The notes under the pieces were generated by a model, which worked only from the letters and a program-made list of their open reading frames with translations, did not search any database and was not told the DNA's origin. The translations under genes were made by a program, and so were the position numbers. DNA of 64,000 nt from Callorhinchus milii (taxonomy: Eukaryota), in the NCBI RefSeq assembly GCF_018977255.1, contig NW_024704766.1, positions 7,502,001-7,566,000 of the forward strand, in the 5' to 3' direction. Position 1 is the first letter of the stretch, and every line of letters starts with the position of its first letter. Below, one piece after another: positions 12,111 to 24,100 of this stretch.

Positions 12111-12544
12111 CTCTCATGTGATTGGTGGCTCGGCCTCTCCTGGAGCTTGCTCGCTTGCTCGCTCGGCTGCCTTCAGGAGTCGGGGAGGAATTTTCCAGGA
12201 ACGTTTTTTCCCCCGAATTGGTTGTGTAGGGTTTTTTTCTTCTGGTTTTTCGCCTCCACCAGGAGGGACTGCAGTGTCTTATCACCACAGTAGAGAGTCG
12301 TGTGGGTGTCCATTGTTTACGTGTCTGTGGATCGTGCCTGTGCTGGTTCTGGGAGAGAGATCTGATTTTATCCCCTTTCTCCTGCCTCCTCTCTGGCGCC
12401 TCTTCCATGCTGGAGGTCAGGCCCCATCGCCCCACCCCTTCCTGGTCCCAATGGGTTGAAATTGGCTCTACATCCCAGAAATTGGCTCTACATCTCTACA
12501 TCAGGGATCGGATTAAACAGAGAATTTACTGTCGACTCCGAGCC

Positions 12545-13130
12545 CTGCTAGAAACAACAATAACAAATGACATTTACACAGTGCTTTTCATGTCGAGAGG
12601 ACATCCCACGGCGTTGGACAGTCAGGGATTTGGACCTGAGCTGGGGGTTGGGATCAGGGGGGATGGAGGATAACGAGGGTAGGAGTAGGGGATGACTGAA
12701 GGTGTGTTTGAAGAGGAGGGTCTTGAGACGTGTCTTGAAGGAGGCAAGGGAGGGAGGCAGCCAGGCAAAGGGTCTATGTGATGGGGCAGAGAGGCTGAAG
12801 GCTTGAATGTCAATAGTGGGGCAGGCCAGGCACAGGATGTGGAAGAGGCTGAGTAGAGGGAATGGACAGGTTGATTTGGGGTTAGCAGGTCCCAGAAGTA
12901 GGAAGGAGCAAGGCTATGGAGGTTGAGTTGGGAAGGTTGACGAGGGCAGCATGTCAGCAGTACGGAAACCTAATTGGAGAGGTTCGTGGAGGGAGTGTTG
13001 GGAGAGGAAGGAATTAAGCTGGGAAGCAACGATTCGTTCTAGGACTATGGAAAAGAAACGGAGGCTGGAGATGTGGCGTTAGTTGAGACGGGCAAGGATC
13101 CCAGTTAGTGACCTCTTGGTCTTGCCTTGT
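12545..13130 (-). mobile_element. Older L2 LINE fragment
   Basis: Family tail TTTTCATGTCGAGAGGACATCCC.. and degenerate RT-end sequence. Confidence 0.65.
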
Positions 13131-13684
13131 CCCCCTTGATGTGTGGAACAATTTCTTCATCCCAGCAAAATAGATAAATTCCCCCTTAATTTACTTTTTT
13201 AATTCCTTATATTTTCCGTTTGGGGTTGGGGTTGATTTTTGTTGCTGTGTTTAACCAGGTTAACACTCGTGGTTGTATGATCTCTCCTTGTGTTTAATGT
13301 CCATCAATAAATGTTTAATTTTGTTTTGTGTCAAAATTCTGTGTGACTGGCCACTATGTCGTGGGGCTTCAATGGAGGGGGTGGTGCGGGTTCCAATCTC
13401 GCCCCGTTATCTTCTCTATTTTTACCCACGTAGCCACAACTAGTTAATCCACTCACCTAGTTTCCTGGGCACAACTGTAGCACTGAATCCTTCTATTTGA
13501 CTTGAACCCATCCCTTCTTGCTTATTTGAGATTCTTGACTAAGAAAAGGTGTACACAGTCTCTTCCCATTGTAAACTCCCATCTCTTCAGGATGTTTCAA
13601 CAACCCGAGTCACAGCAGCAATATGTCAACCTCGTCCCCTTCCTTCCAAAGGGCTTTCACGATTGATGCCAAACAACAGATGAT

Positions 13685-13915
13685 ACCCCAATACAGTGCT
13701 GGTAAAGTTTGGATAAGGCACCTGTCTCTTCAGGTAGATATTAAAGATCCATTGGCACTATTCAAGGGAAGGGAGTTTCTCCTGGTTTCCTGTCCAACAA
13801 TCTCTCAAATAATATTGGTCATTTACTTCAGGCTGTTGTGGGACTTTGCTGTGCCTAAATTGGCTACCTTGTTTGCCTACAGGTACACAGTCACTACATT
13901 TCACAGTAAATCCTG
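13685..13915 (+). mobile_element. Old Deu-domain (SacSINE1/AmnSINE1-like) SINE remnant; others at ~10660-10760 (+), ~14995-15060 (-), ~55095-55225 (-), ~56735-56830 (-)
   Basis: CAGGTAGATATTAAAGATCCATTGGCACTATT..GGGAGTTTCTCCTGG.. resembles the Deu-domain consensus as I recall it; not database-checked. Confidence 0.6.
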
Positions 13916-15229
13916 ACTTGATAACTTGCTATACCAAATGAAAGGATTATTTTATTGTCGGCTCCTTCTCAAGCCACCCTTGTTGTCATTTCTGTTGTCA
14001 AATTTATGTTACTTAAATTAAAAATCCTTGTTCTCACCTTTAAATCCCTCTGTGGTCTTGCCCCCACCTTACCTCTGCAACCCCAACCATACGAGTCAGA
14101 CCTTTCGTTCAATGAACACTGACCTGCTTCACTTGCTCACCCTATTGTCCACCTCATCCCCTTCCTTTTGAAGGGCTTTCATGTTCGATGCTGAACAACA
14201 GATGACTCGAAACGTAGAGTATTAGAATCAAGGTTTTATTACCAATGGTATAGGTAATCAAACTACAAATTGTAAGGGTTGTGTCAGGATTTTGACTTCT
14301 GCTCCTACATTTTCAGACTGTTCTGCTCCACTCAACCCCTCTCTGCTTCCTTCAGCTCCTACATCTCCCATCGATTACCGGCAAAAACTCTTCCTTATAT
14401 CCCCAACCTATCCTAAACTTGTTTTCTACAGAACCCTGAGAACCTCACAGGCACCACGTTATCAATGTCAGCTTTTTGCAAAGGACCTGTTTATCTTTCT
14501 CCTTGAGCTTCCATGACTAAGTCTCTCTACTCTGCCTTTCATACAGTCCTCTGGGTGCCTTGTATGAATGGTTTGGTCAACAAACATTGCCTTTCTTCTG
14601 TGTCTATTGTGGTTAACTGTTGCACTGCCGGTACACCTGACATACCTGAGAGCGGAGGTTGAGATCCTTGGGAATAAGGTTATATGGGAGTGAGGAGAAA
14701 TAATAATAATAATAATACTCGCATTTTGATATAGGGATCAGCCATCACAAGATGTGAGTGACTGGCAAGGAAAATTCAATGTAAAAGTAAGGAGTACAGC
14801 CCAAGAGCAAGAGCTGACTAACCTCAGTACCATGGGATGCAAAAGGAAATCATAGCAGGACTTCAAAGCATTTGGAGTAGTGATTTGCAGCATCATTTTG
14901 TCGTGACTTCCAGAGATAGAAATGCAGCAAATCACAAGGCTACAATAGAATGAGTGAATGAATGAGCAATTTCTATCTGAGGGGTTGCATCAGAAATGCC
15001 ACAGATCTTTAACATCGTCTTGATCTGGCACATGAGGACCTTGGGTTAACCTCTCACACTTTATTGATTGGGCGTGTTCCAAACCAGTCAACAAGTGTGG
15101 AAGCAAAACACCCTTCTGCACCTAGACATGGAGCCAAATTGTCTTTTGTATTTATTTGAGGTTTGAGGGTGTTTGTGGGTAGGTTTGTCACCAGATTAAC
15201 TGCACACCTTCCAACTCAGAAATTAAGCA

Positions 15230-15890
15230 ACAACAACAACAACAAGATTGCATTTATAGAGCGCCTTTCACGTTGGGAGGACATCCCAAGGCGCTGGACA
15301 GTTGGGTCGGGACCCGAGCAGGGGGGAAATGGTCAGGGTGAGGGAAGGGAAGGGAGGAAGCGAGGAGGGGGTAGAGAGTCGAGAGGGGAGCCGAAGGCAT
15401 GATTGAAGAGAAAGGCCTTGAGACCGGCCTTGAAGGAGGAAAGGGAGGAAGCAGCGAAGGCACTAGGGGATGGAGTTCCAGAGCCTCGGGGCTGAGAGGC
15501 TGAAAGCCCGGCCACCGATAGTAGGGCGGTTGGGGTGGGAGATGTGGAGCAGACCGGAGACAGAGGAACGGAGGGTACGGGCGGGTAGGTAGGGGGATAG
15601 TAGGTCGGAGAGGTAGGAGGGATCGAGGCCGTGAATGGCCTTGTAGGTGAGGATGAGGATCTTGAATTCGATCCTCTGGGGGATGGGGAGCAGTGGAGGC
15701 GAGCGAGGGCGAGGGTGAGGGCGAGGGTGAGGGTGAGGGCGAGGGTGGGAGTGATGTGGTCCCGAAGCCTGGTGCGGGACAGTACACGAGTTGCAGAGTT
15801 CTGAATGACCTGCAGTGTGGAGGGAGGGCCGGTAAGGCCGGCGAGGAGAGAGTTCCCATAGTCCAGCCTTGAGGTGATAAAGGCAGTGAA
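15230..15890 (-). mobile_element. L2 LINE 3' end (mirror copy ~39325-39985)
   Basis: Nearly identical to 8450-9310, including the CTCACCCTCGCC microsatellite; young subfamily. Confidence 0.9.
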
Positions 15891-15989
15891 AAGCAGGTCT
15901 GCAGTTGCACTAGAATCAACTGCAATTTAACAGGGAAAAATTCTATTTGTTTATTCAATCCAGTGCTACCACAGTAATGGTACTCAATA

Positions 15990-17325
15990 AATCAGTCTTG
16001 TCTTCCTAGTCTTGTACCCACCCTCCAATCGGGTTTCCGTGCTGCCCACAGCATGGAAACTGCTCTGGTCAATGTCACAAATGATATCCTAACCATGTGT
16101 GACCAGGGCTCCCTCTGCGTCCTCGTCCTCTTCAACCTCTCCGCTGCTTTTCGCACTATGGACCATTCAATCCTCCTCCACCGCCTCTTCTCCCACCACA
16201 ACCTCCAAGTTCTGTCCTTGACTGGTTCAGGTCCTACCTTTCACACCATCTCCACTTCATCCCTGCAAACGGCTTCTCCTCCAGCCTCCGCACCGTCTCG
16301 TGCAGTGTTCCTCAGGGCTCTGTCCTCGGTCCCCACCTCTTCACCCTCTACATGCTCCCCCTTGGTGAAATCCTCCGCAGATATGGGGTAAATTTCCACA
16401 TGTATGCGGATGACACCCAACTCTACCTCTCTGCCTCCACCCTCAACTCCAGGACTACTGGCGTCCTGACCGACTGCCCGTCCGACATCAAGTCCTGGAC
16501 GAGGGACAACTTTCTCCGCACCTCAGGCGCTGGCAGCATCAGCCTCCACGGCTGCACACTCAACCTCACTAAGCCAGTCAGGAAGCTGGGGGTCTTGTTT
16601 GAACCTGAACTGTCCTTTCTCCCCCACATCCGCACCATGATCGGCACTGCCTACCACCACCTCCGCAACATTGCCAGACTCCGCCACTGCCTCACCCCCC
16701 AGGCCCCCAAACCCTCACCCACGCATTTGTCACCTCAAGGCTCGATTATGGGAACTCCCTCCTCATCGGCCTTCCCAACTCTTTCCTTCACAACCTGCAG
16801 ATCATCAGCTCGTGTACTCTCACGCACCAGGCTCCGTGACCCTATCATTCCCACCCTCACCCGACCCCATCACTCCCACCCTCGCCCGACTCCACTGGCT
16901 TCCCATCCCCCAGAGAATCGAGTTCAAGTTCCTCATCCTCATTTTCAAGGCCATCCATGGCCTTGCCCCCTCCTACCTCTCTGACCTGCTGACTCCCTCC
17001 ACTCAGTGGGCTCCGGCTGCTCCATGTTTCCCGTCCGAACCGCCCTACCATCGGTGGCCGGGCTTTCAGCCTCTCTGCCCCCACGCTCTGGAACTCCATC
17101 CCACGGTCCCTTCGCCTCGCTTCCTCCCTTGCCTACTTCAAGACCGGTCTCAAGACCCTCCTCTTCAATCGTGCCTTCAGTCACACTCCCACCTCTCTGC
17201 CTTCCCTCACCCTTACACCCCCCCTCCCCCATGCTCGGGCCCCGACACCTGAGTGTCCAGCGCCTTGGTACGTCGTCCCTTCGTGAAAGGCGCTATATAA
17301 ATGTAATTTTGTTGTTGTTGTTGTA
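15990..17325 (+). mobile_element. L2 LINE fragment (mirror ~37915-39225, partly replaced)
   Basis: [34 protein letters not shown]; [12 protein letters not shown]; [13 protein letters not shown]; (TTG)n tail. Confidence 0.92.
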
Positions 17326-17518
17326 CCCAATCCTAATGAGATGTCATTGCAATCCTCTACGCTCCTCATTTCTGCATTTGCTTCTTTATTAAAATTCCTG
17401 CAGATCCAGGAAATGTTAAACCAGCAAAAGGTTTGTTTGTAATCCCGTTTATTGTGGGTTTTTTTAAAAAAAGGACCTTTTAATACTTGACTAGTGACCT
17501 GGAAGTCTTTTTATTACT

Positions 17519-17650
17519 TGTAACCCTGACCTGGGAGTGTGGACGCACAGTGTAGAGGAGCTTTACTGTGTCTCTAACCCTGACCTGGGAGTGTGGACGG
17601 ATGCCCAGTGTAGAGGGTCTCTAACCTGTGCTGTGGCTGATCTGGGAGAG
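17519..17650. repeat. Satellite-like unit TAACCCTGACCTGGGAGTGTGGACG..CAGTGTAGAGG x2-3 (single unit also at ~61045-61090)
   Basis: Direct repeat visible; dispersed monomer present elsewhere in the window. Confidence 0.75.
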
Positions 17651-18024
17651 TTTATTCTGAGCTGTTGTTCAAAGGGAAGGAAAACGTTAGCAGTGCTACA
17701 GAAGTCAACATTTCGGTGATCGACCGGGCCATGTGTAACCGGAGAAAGGTTTACCTGGGACAGGTCACATGCTGTGTGCTTGGCCACCTGGAGGGCAAGG
17801 TGTGGCTCCTGTCAGATACTGAGAGCAACAGCCCACATTAAACAGCAGCCTCGCCTGCCAGCAACTCCACCTGATTCATTGCCAGTGAGTCAGAGATTAG
17901 TTTGCTTTCACTCAGATTGTGTAGGAGTGAAGCAGGAGGGAGAGAGGTGAGGAGAACTGTAGAGTAAGGCCAACATGTTCTGTGAACCAAACCCGGACAC
18001 ACACACGCACACAGAGATATATAT

Positions 18025-18135
18025 ATATAACAAAAACAGAAGTGGCTGGGAACACTCAGCAGGTCAGGCAGCATCTATGGAGAAAGGTAAGTGAGTCAAC
18101 ATTTCGGGTCCACGACCCTTCGTCAGAGGGTGGTC
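18025..18135. mobile_element. Short shark-type repeat, probably a Penelope-like terminus (mirror ~37105-37215)
   Basis: AAAACAGAAGTGGCTGGGAACACTCAGCAGGTCAGGCAGCATCT..ACATTTCGGGTC..ACCCTTCGTCAGA; family assignment from memory. Confidence 0.45.
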
Positions 18136-18541
18136 CGAGCTGGACAAGCAGCAGGAATGCTTGGCCAGACAGAGCTCATCCAGGGACTGTCCTCGGGAAT
18201 CGGAGTATGTTCACTGTGCTCTAGTGACAGTCAGTCTGTCACAGTATCAGTGGTTCTGGTGCTGTGCGGAGGGTGTTTCAGTGTAAGATGTTGCTGGCGT
18301 GTGTGTGTGCCTGTGTGTGTGAGCCTGTGGATGTGTGCCTGTTTACGTGCCTGTGTGTGTGTACATGTGTGTGTGTTTGTGTCTCTGTGTGCCTGCGTAT
18401 GTGTGACTGTCTCTCTGTGTGCGCCTGTAGGTCTTTGACTGTCTGTGTGTGTGTGTGTTTGTCTCTGGAGGTGGGGGTCGGTGGTGGGGAATGAAAAAAC
18501 GCAAGAAAAGTTGTGCACTGAAACCTGCGGCATTTGCAAGT

Positions 18542-18547
18542 TTTATT
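18542..18547 (-). terminator. Probable SCN4B polyadenylation signal, giving a ~4 kb 3'UTR (22526 to ~18520)
   Basis: AATAAA on the minus strand at the end of a long, mostly unique stretch with an AT-rich terminal block. A long 3'UTR is typical of mammalian SCN4B. Confidence 0.55.
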
Positions 18548-21500
18548 TCAGTATAAAATATAGTTATTGATGCATACAAAAAAGTAAATATAATCTAGAA
18601 TGACGTCTTTATACATCAGTGAAACATGCATAGATTTTCACTCTTTTTTGGCATTGAAATTAAACAAGGCAACTCAAACCGCGTCAGAATTGGATTTGAC
18701 AATTTCATCCCCGACACATTTGTTATTGCTTCTGAGCTCAATGTGCAGAGGGTTAGTCGCTGTTTACGCTGCCCAAGTCTCTTTCAGTCACTGTATAAAC
18801 TCGTGGGGGTTGGGGTTGGGGGGAGTAGGGCCAGCGAGGGATGGAGGGGGGCAGCGGTGCAAACTCACAGCGACGACGGCTCGGGGCAAACCCCAATCAC
18901 CCTCTGAGGTGTTTTAGAACCTCAGGAATCCCGTATTTCTTATCGATATGATCAAGTAAGACAAATCCTGGCTCCGTAAAGCCACGTCACGTCTCAACGT
19001 CTCAAAGTGCTTCACAGAGATTATTGTAAAGTGTAAGTGTATTGTGACCGTGTTATTTGTGGGCAAAGGAACCTGTTAAGAAATACCACATATTAGAGGC
19101 CAGATGGGCTTTCCTTCTCATCCCCATCTCATCGATGATCAATTATTGAATATGTAAAACAAAAAAAACAGAACCAGGTATTTCTTAACAAGTTTTATAA
19201 TAGCAAAACCGATCGGGTCTTGGTGATGTTTGGGAAATGTGCCGGAATTTGGTTTGGGATGTCCTCCCGACATGAAAGGCGCTTATACTCATGTGTGTTG
19301 TTGTAAGTGCTAGAAGATTTGGAAAACGCTAAACAGTTGCAAGTCCCCACCCTTTGGAACTCCATCCCACAGTCCCTTCGCTTCACTCCCTCCCTTGCCT
19401 TAAGACCCTCTCTTTGACTGCGTTTTCAGCCACCTTTCTACACCCACCCTCCCTGCCCTCCACACCCCCCTGATCCCAACCACCAACTCAGGTCCAAATC
19501 CCTGACTGTCCAGGGTCTTGGGACGTCCTCCCAATGAGAAAGGCGCTGTGTAAATGTCAGTTATTGTTTTCAATAGGAAATTGGTTAAGGAAAGCTTGCA
19601 TGTTAAGAGCCCGTTTTTGTGTGCGTGGGCTGTGCTATGCTGGGGTAAGGGAAGGGGCTAAGAAGGCTGACTGGCAAATGGTGCCAGGCGTGTCTGTTGT
19701 ATTGTTGTGTAGTGCCAGGTTCCTGAGCTCGATGCCCAGTCTCAATGCCAGCCCAGTCAGGTAGAGATACACATGGTCGAGCCCATGTCACTGTCCAATT
19801 GCACTTGTTGGAGGATCTTGCTTTCAGGAAGGCAGAGATGGGGATGGAATTAAGTGTCTGGCAAATATTTTTCTGGGGAGGGAGTATGTTTTTCACTTGG
19901 GACGATATCAGTGGCTCAATCCTCTTGTAAGGTTATTGCAAGGCACTCGATATGCTGTTACCCCACCCCCTGTCTTCCTCCATCTTGAACGTGGTCTGTC
20001 AAACGCTTCCTTTGCCATCACCCAACCCCCACCAACACACAGATACACACACACTCCCAGCGCCCAAGTGGTTGTTATCCACATATAAGTGTTGGTCAGT
20101 CATCTCTCCTCACCCAACTGCAACACACCTCAGGAGCAGTGACTATGTCTGATTATTCCAATCCCTCCCTATCCCCCCCAACCCCCACCTCCCGACCCCC
20201 CAAACCCCACACACACATCAATCCTGTTCAGCACAGATCGGGATGAGCTCCAGGTCTCTAAGCTGTCGTTCTCTCTCCACTACACCTTTGGGGGGGGAGG
20301 GGGGGGTCGCCCTGATCATTCATTCCTCACGTTCTGTCTCGCAATTCCCAGCTCAGGAAGCGTTTGTCAATCTTGCCTGTCGCTATGGGAACCTCCGGGC
20401 GTTGGAAAGGGAACGAGATGTCAAGACAGCGAGCGAGCGAGAGCGAGAGCGAGATGGTTGCCAGCCTTGCTCGCAGGTACGATGCCAAACTCCCAACGCC
20501 TGGGAGCTGCCTTTGGAGCTCAGAGTGAGAAAGCAAAGAGCTATGTGAGTATTAAGGTAGTAGATATTATCCTGAGTATAATAGCTCGACTTGTTTAATA
20601 GCGTTTCACATGCAGGGTGTGCGAGGTCACTCCGCCAACACAGACTCACGCGGCTCAACATTAAGGTTATTTTTTGTGGGGCGGAATTTTTTTTCTTATT
20701 TGCTGGCTGGTTTGAGGGCTGGAAACCCTTTCTCTTAGGATTTCCGAGCGAGCGGAATCGTTTTTGGCCAATTTCTTTAATAGAGTCGAGAGAGAGAGAG
20801 AAGGAACAATGGAAAGAGAGAGAAAAGTGAGAAAGGAGAGAGAGACGGAGAAAGGAGAGAGTATGAGANNNNNNNNNNNNNNNNNNNNNNNNNNNNNNNN
20901 NNNNNNNNNNNNNNNNNNNNNNNNNNNNNNNNNNNNNNNNNNNNNNNNNNNNNNNNNNNNNNNNNNNNNNNNNNNNNNNNNNNNNNNNNNNNNNNNNNNN
21001 NNNNNNNNNNNNNNNNNNNNNNNNNNNNNNNNNNNNNNNNNNNNNNNNNNNNNNNNNNNNNNNNNNNNNNNNNNNNNNNNNNNNNNNNNNNNNNNNNNNN
21101 NNNNNNNNNNNNNNNNNNNNNCCCAGGAATTGGAGTGGTTGTTGGCAGAGCGTTGGCTGAGGTGCGGAGGGCGACGTTGGCTGAAGGACCTCGGACACGT
21201 TTCTAGTTATTGTCTGAGCAGTTGCCCAGCGGTGGGTAATGTAAAGCTCAGCTTCTGCGGGCAGGCAGGACTGGGGAGGGGGAGCTGGATGCTGCACTTC
21301 CCCCACCCTCGTTGTTGCCCCTTCCCCTCCCCACCGCCCCTGGACATGCCCTGATGACCACCCCCCAGCCCAACACACATTTGGCAGAACCCATGACTCC
21401 TCGTGTCCGGGTCATCAGTGTATAGCGACAGCGAGGAGGGGGCGCGGGAAAGTTTCTGTGAAGTAACTTCAGGGAGAAGGAAGGGAAAGGGGGGGTGCGG

Positions 21501-21679
21501 TACGGACAGGGGAGGCGAGAGATGGGGGAATTAGATAAGGGGGGAGTTGGGGGTATTGCCCTGAGCTAAACGAGTAGCAACGCAGGGTGAAAGGTTAGAG
21601 TCACATCACAGCCTCCGTCTTAATAGGGACTGCATGGCTTGTACTGGAGACAGAGCTTGGTGGGGGTCATACTTGGGGG

Positions 21680-22200
21680 TGGGGGGCCGCACTGGGGGGG
21701 TGGGGGGGGCGCACTGGGCGGTGGGGGGGGCTGCAATGGGGGGGGGGTGCGCTGGGGGAGGGCGAACTGGCGGGTGGGGGGGTGCACTGGGGGGGGGCCG
21801 CCTCACTGGGTGGGGGCCGCCTCACTGGGGGGGGGGCCTCACTGGGGGGGGGCGCCTCAATGGGGGGAGGCGCGCACTGGGGGGGGAGGCGCGCACTGGG
21901 GGGGGTGGCGTACTGAGGTGGGACCGCACTGAGGAGGGGGGCGCACTGAAGGGGTGGGTGTGCACTGATGGGAGGGGTGCGCACTGAGGGGGGGGCGCAC
22001 TAGGGGGGAGGGGGGCGCACTGGGTGGGGTGCACTGGGGGGGAGGGGGACGCACTGGGTGGGGGCGCACTGGAAGCGCACTGGGGGAGCGGGGGGCGCAC
22101 TGTGGGCGTGGGGTGGGCGCACTGGGGGTTGGCGCACTGGGGGCATGAGGAGGGCGCACTGGGGCTTAGGGCGTATTGGGGGAGTTGGGGGAGGGGGCCT
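21680..22200. repeat. (GCGCACTGGGGGGG)n minisatellite in the SCN4B 3'UTR (mirror ~33090-33575)
   Basis: Visible tandem array. Confidence 0.95.
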
Positions 22201-22526
22201 TTTGGGGGAGTGGTGTATGGAGTGGTGGGGGCGTATGGAGGGGTGGGGGCTTTGCAGACAATATTTTTGTGGTGTGCCTGAGCAAATCCCAGCTGAGCTC
22301 CCTATAGCTCCATTCCAAAGCAGATCCCACCCAAACCCCACCCTCCCCCCACCCCACATACACACACAGACCTGATTACATGCTTGCCCCCATTTCATTA
22401 GGGCTTTGTCTAGTAAGTGTGTGGCGGGTTACCTTGTGCACTGTGTTAGTGTGAGCCACAGACACATCCCCATTATTTCTAAGCATGAGAGGCTGGCTGT
22501 CAGTAAGCTGGCTGTTTGTGGGGTCT

Positions 22527-22620
22527 TCACGCCTTCGGCCGGCTTTTAAGGTCGGTGTTGGAACCGTAATGTCCGTTGTCGGTGTTGTCGTGGGCGGAGG
22601 AGTTAACCAGGCACTCATTC
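22527..22620 (-). CDS. SCN4B: Sodium channel beta-4 subunit, exon 5 (C-terminus)
   Basis: ctccag|G AAT GAG TGC ... GCG TGA. Encodes (K)NECLVNSSAHDNTDNGHYGSNTDLKSRPKA*, cf. human KECLVSSSGNDNTENGLPGSKAEEKPPSKV. Confidence 0.93.
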
Positions 22621-23153
22621 CTGGAGAAAGCACAGTCAGAGCGGTAAGGGAACGTAGAAACAGGAGGAGGCCATTCAGACCCTCGAGGCCTGTCCCGCTA
22701 TTGTATAAGATCAGGGCTGATCTGTACCTCAACTCCAATTACCCACCTTTGCCCATGTCCCCTGACCCCCTGACCCCCTGACTTGACAAACATCTATCCA
22801 CCTCAGACTCAGTCTGGACAATATAATGGATCCAGCCATAATCCACAGCCTTTTGCGGAGAGAGAGAGAGAGATTCCCATTGGCCTTTGTCTGGGTGTGA
22901 AAAACTGCCCCTGATTTCACTCCTAAATGGCTCTGGGAATGTGGGAGAGAGCGAGCAAGAGAGATAGAGAGAGGTATGTGTCAGAGAGCGAGACGAGGAC
23001 AGTGGTGTTACCTCAGTCTGCGATCTGCCTTGTTAACATTCAAACGCGAGAGGAGAAGGGGAAGGGGGAGAGGGGGTTGGAGCTCAAGGGATTGGGTGGG
23101 GAGGGGAGTGGGGGAGTGTGTGTGCTGAGGGTTATGTTTTACCAGCTACTTAC

Positions 23154-23280
23154 TTTTTTCCAACTCGCTTAATTAAAAAGACTACAAGCTTCTTAATAAT
23201 CAGAATGACGATGATTAACCCTAGAAACGCTCCGATCCCAGCCAAGATCATGAAAGTCAACGTGTTGTCCACTTTGGCAA
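23154..23280 (-). CDS. SCN4B: Sodium channel beta-4 subunit, exon 4 (transmembrane helix and basic blocker segment)
   Basis: ttcag|TT GCC AAA ... AAA AA|gtaagt; 127 nt, phase 1 to 2. Encodes AKVDNTLTFMILAGIGAFLGLIIVILIIKKLVVFLIKRVGK, cf. human EEVDNTVTLIILAVVGGVIGLLILILLIKKLIIFILKKTREK. Confidence 0.94.
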
Positions 23281-24100
23281 CTGAAACAGGAAACAATTAA
23301 TAATATTATAATAATCCTTGCATTTGATACAGCACCTTGTCACGTCTTTGAGGAGTCTCAAAGCGCTTCACAGGATACACTGTCAAGTGTAGTGTCTGTC
23401 TATTTAGTAGGCGGAACGCGGCAGCCAATTGCGCTCAGCAGTGAGTTGTTAACTCCACAAATCACACACACCTCACACACACACATACACACACACCCCC
23501 TCCCATATACACNNNNNNNNNNNNNNNNNNNNNNNNNNNNNNNNNNNNNNNNNNNNNNNNNNNNNNNNNNNNNNNNNNNNNNNNNNNNNNNNNNNNNNNN
23601 NNNNNNNNNNNNNNNNNNNNNNNNNNNNNNNNNNNNNNNNNNNNNNNNNNNNNNNNNNNNNNNNNNNNNNNNNNNNNNNNNNNNNNNNNNNNNNNNNNNN
23701 NNNNNNNNNNNNNNNNNNNNNNNNNNNNNNNNNNNNNNNNNNNNNNNNNNNNNNNNNNNNNNNNNNNNNNNNNNNNNNNNNNNNNNNNNNNNNNNNNNNN
23801 NNNNTCCCACACACACACATATATACACACACATACACACACACACACCCTCCCACACACACACCCTCCCACACACACACCCTCCCACACACACACACAC
23901 ATATACACACACACAGGAAACCCTTAAACAAGATTAGATTTTTAAAAAAGAAAGTTTAACAGTTTAAGCCCCAGTTTTCTCTGTGGTTTCCCCATTTCCC
24001 CCCAAAAACCTAAATGTCCAAACGCAAGTAAAAATGCATGTCTGTAAACATGGGAATGTCATGCTCCACATACACAGGTATTACATGTATGTTTCCTTAC

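Larger units (their letters stand above)
13156..23463 (+). repeat. Inverted duplication arm A (partner 31806-42059)
   Basis: The ORF track is mirrored throughout (coordinate sums ~55215-55270). Sharing stops at TTCATCCCAGCA (13156) and CTCCACAAATC (23463). Confidence 0.97.

Noticed and set aside
13140-13620. Possible solo LTR (AATAAA followed by a T-rich run)
   Set aside because: No TG..CA ends, target-site duplication, primer-binding site or second independent copy could be identified.
17519-17650. CRISPR-like repeat-spacer pattern
   Set aside because: Vertebrate DNA; the units are contiguous satellite monomers without unique spacers, and there are no cas genes.
19745-19930. Plus-strand ORF ending at CTT|GTAAGG
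   Set aside because: Lies antisense within the SCN4B 3'UTR, with no recognisable protein and no matching acceptor or partner exons.
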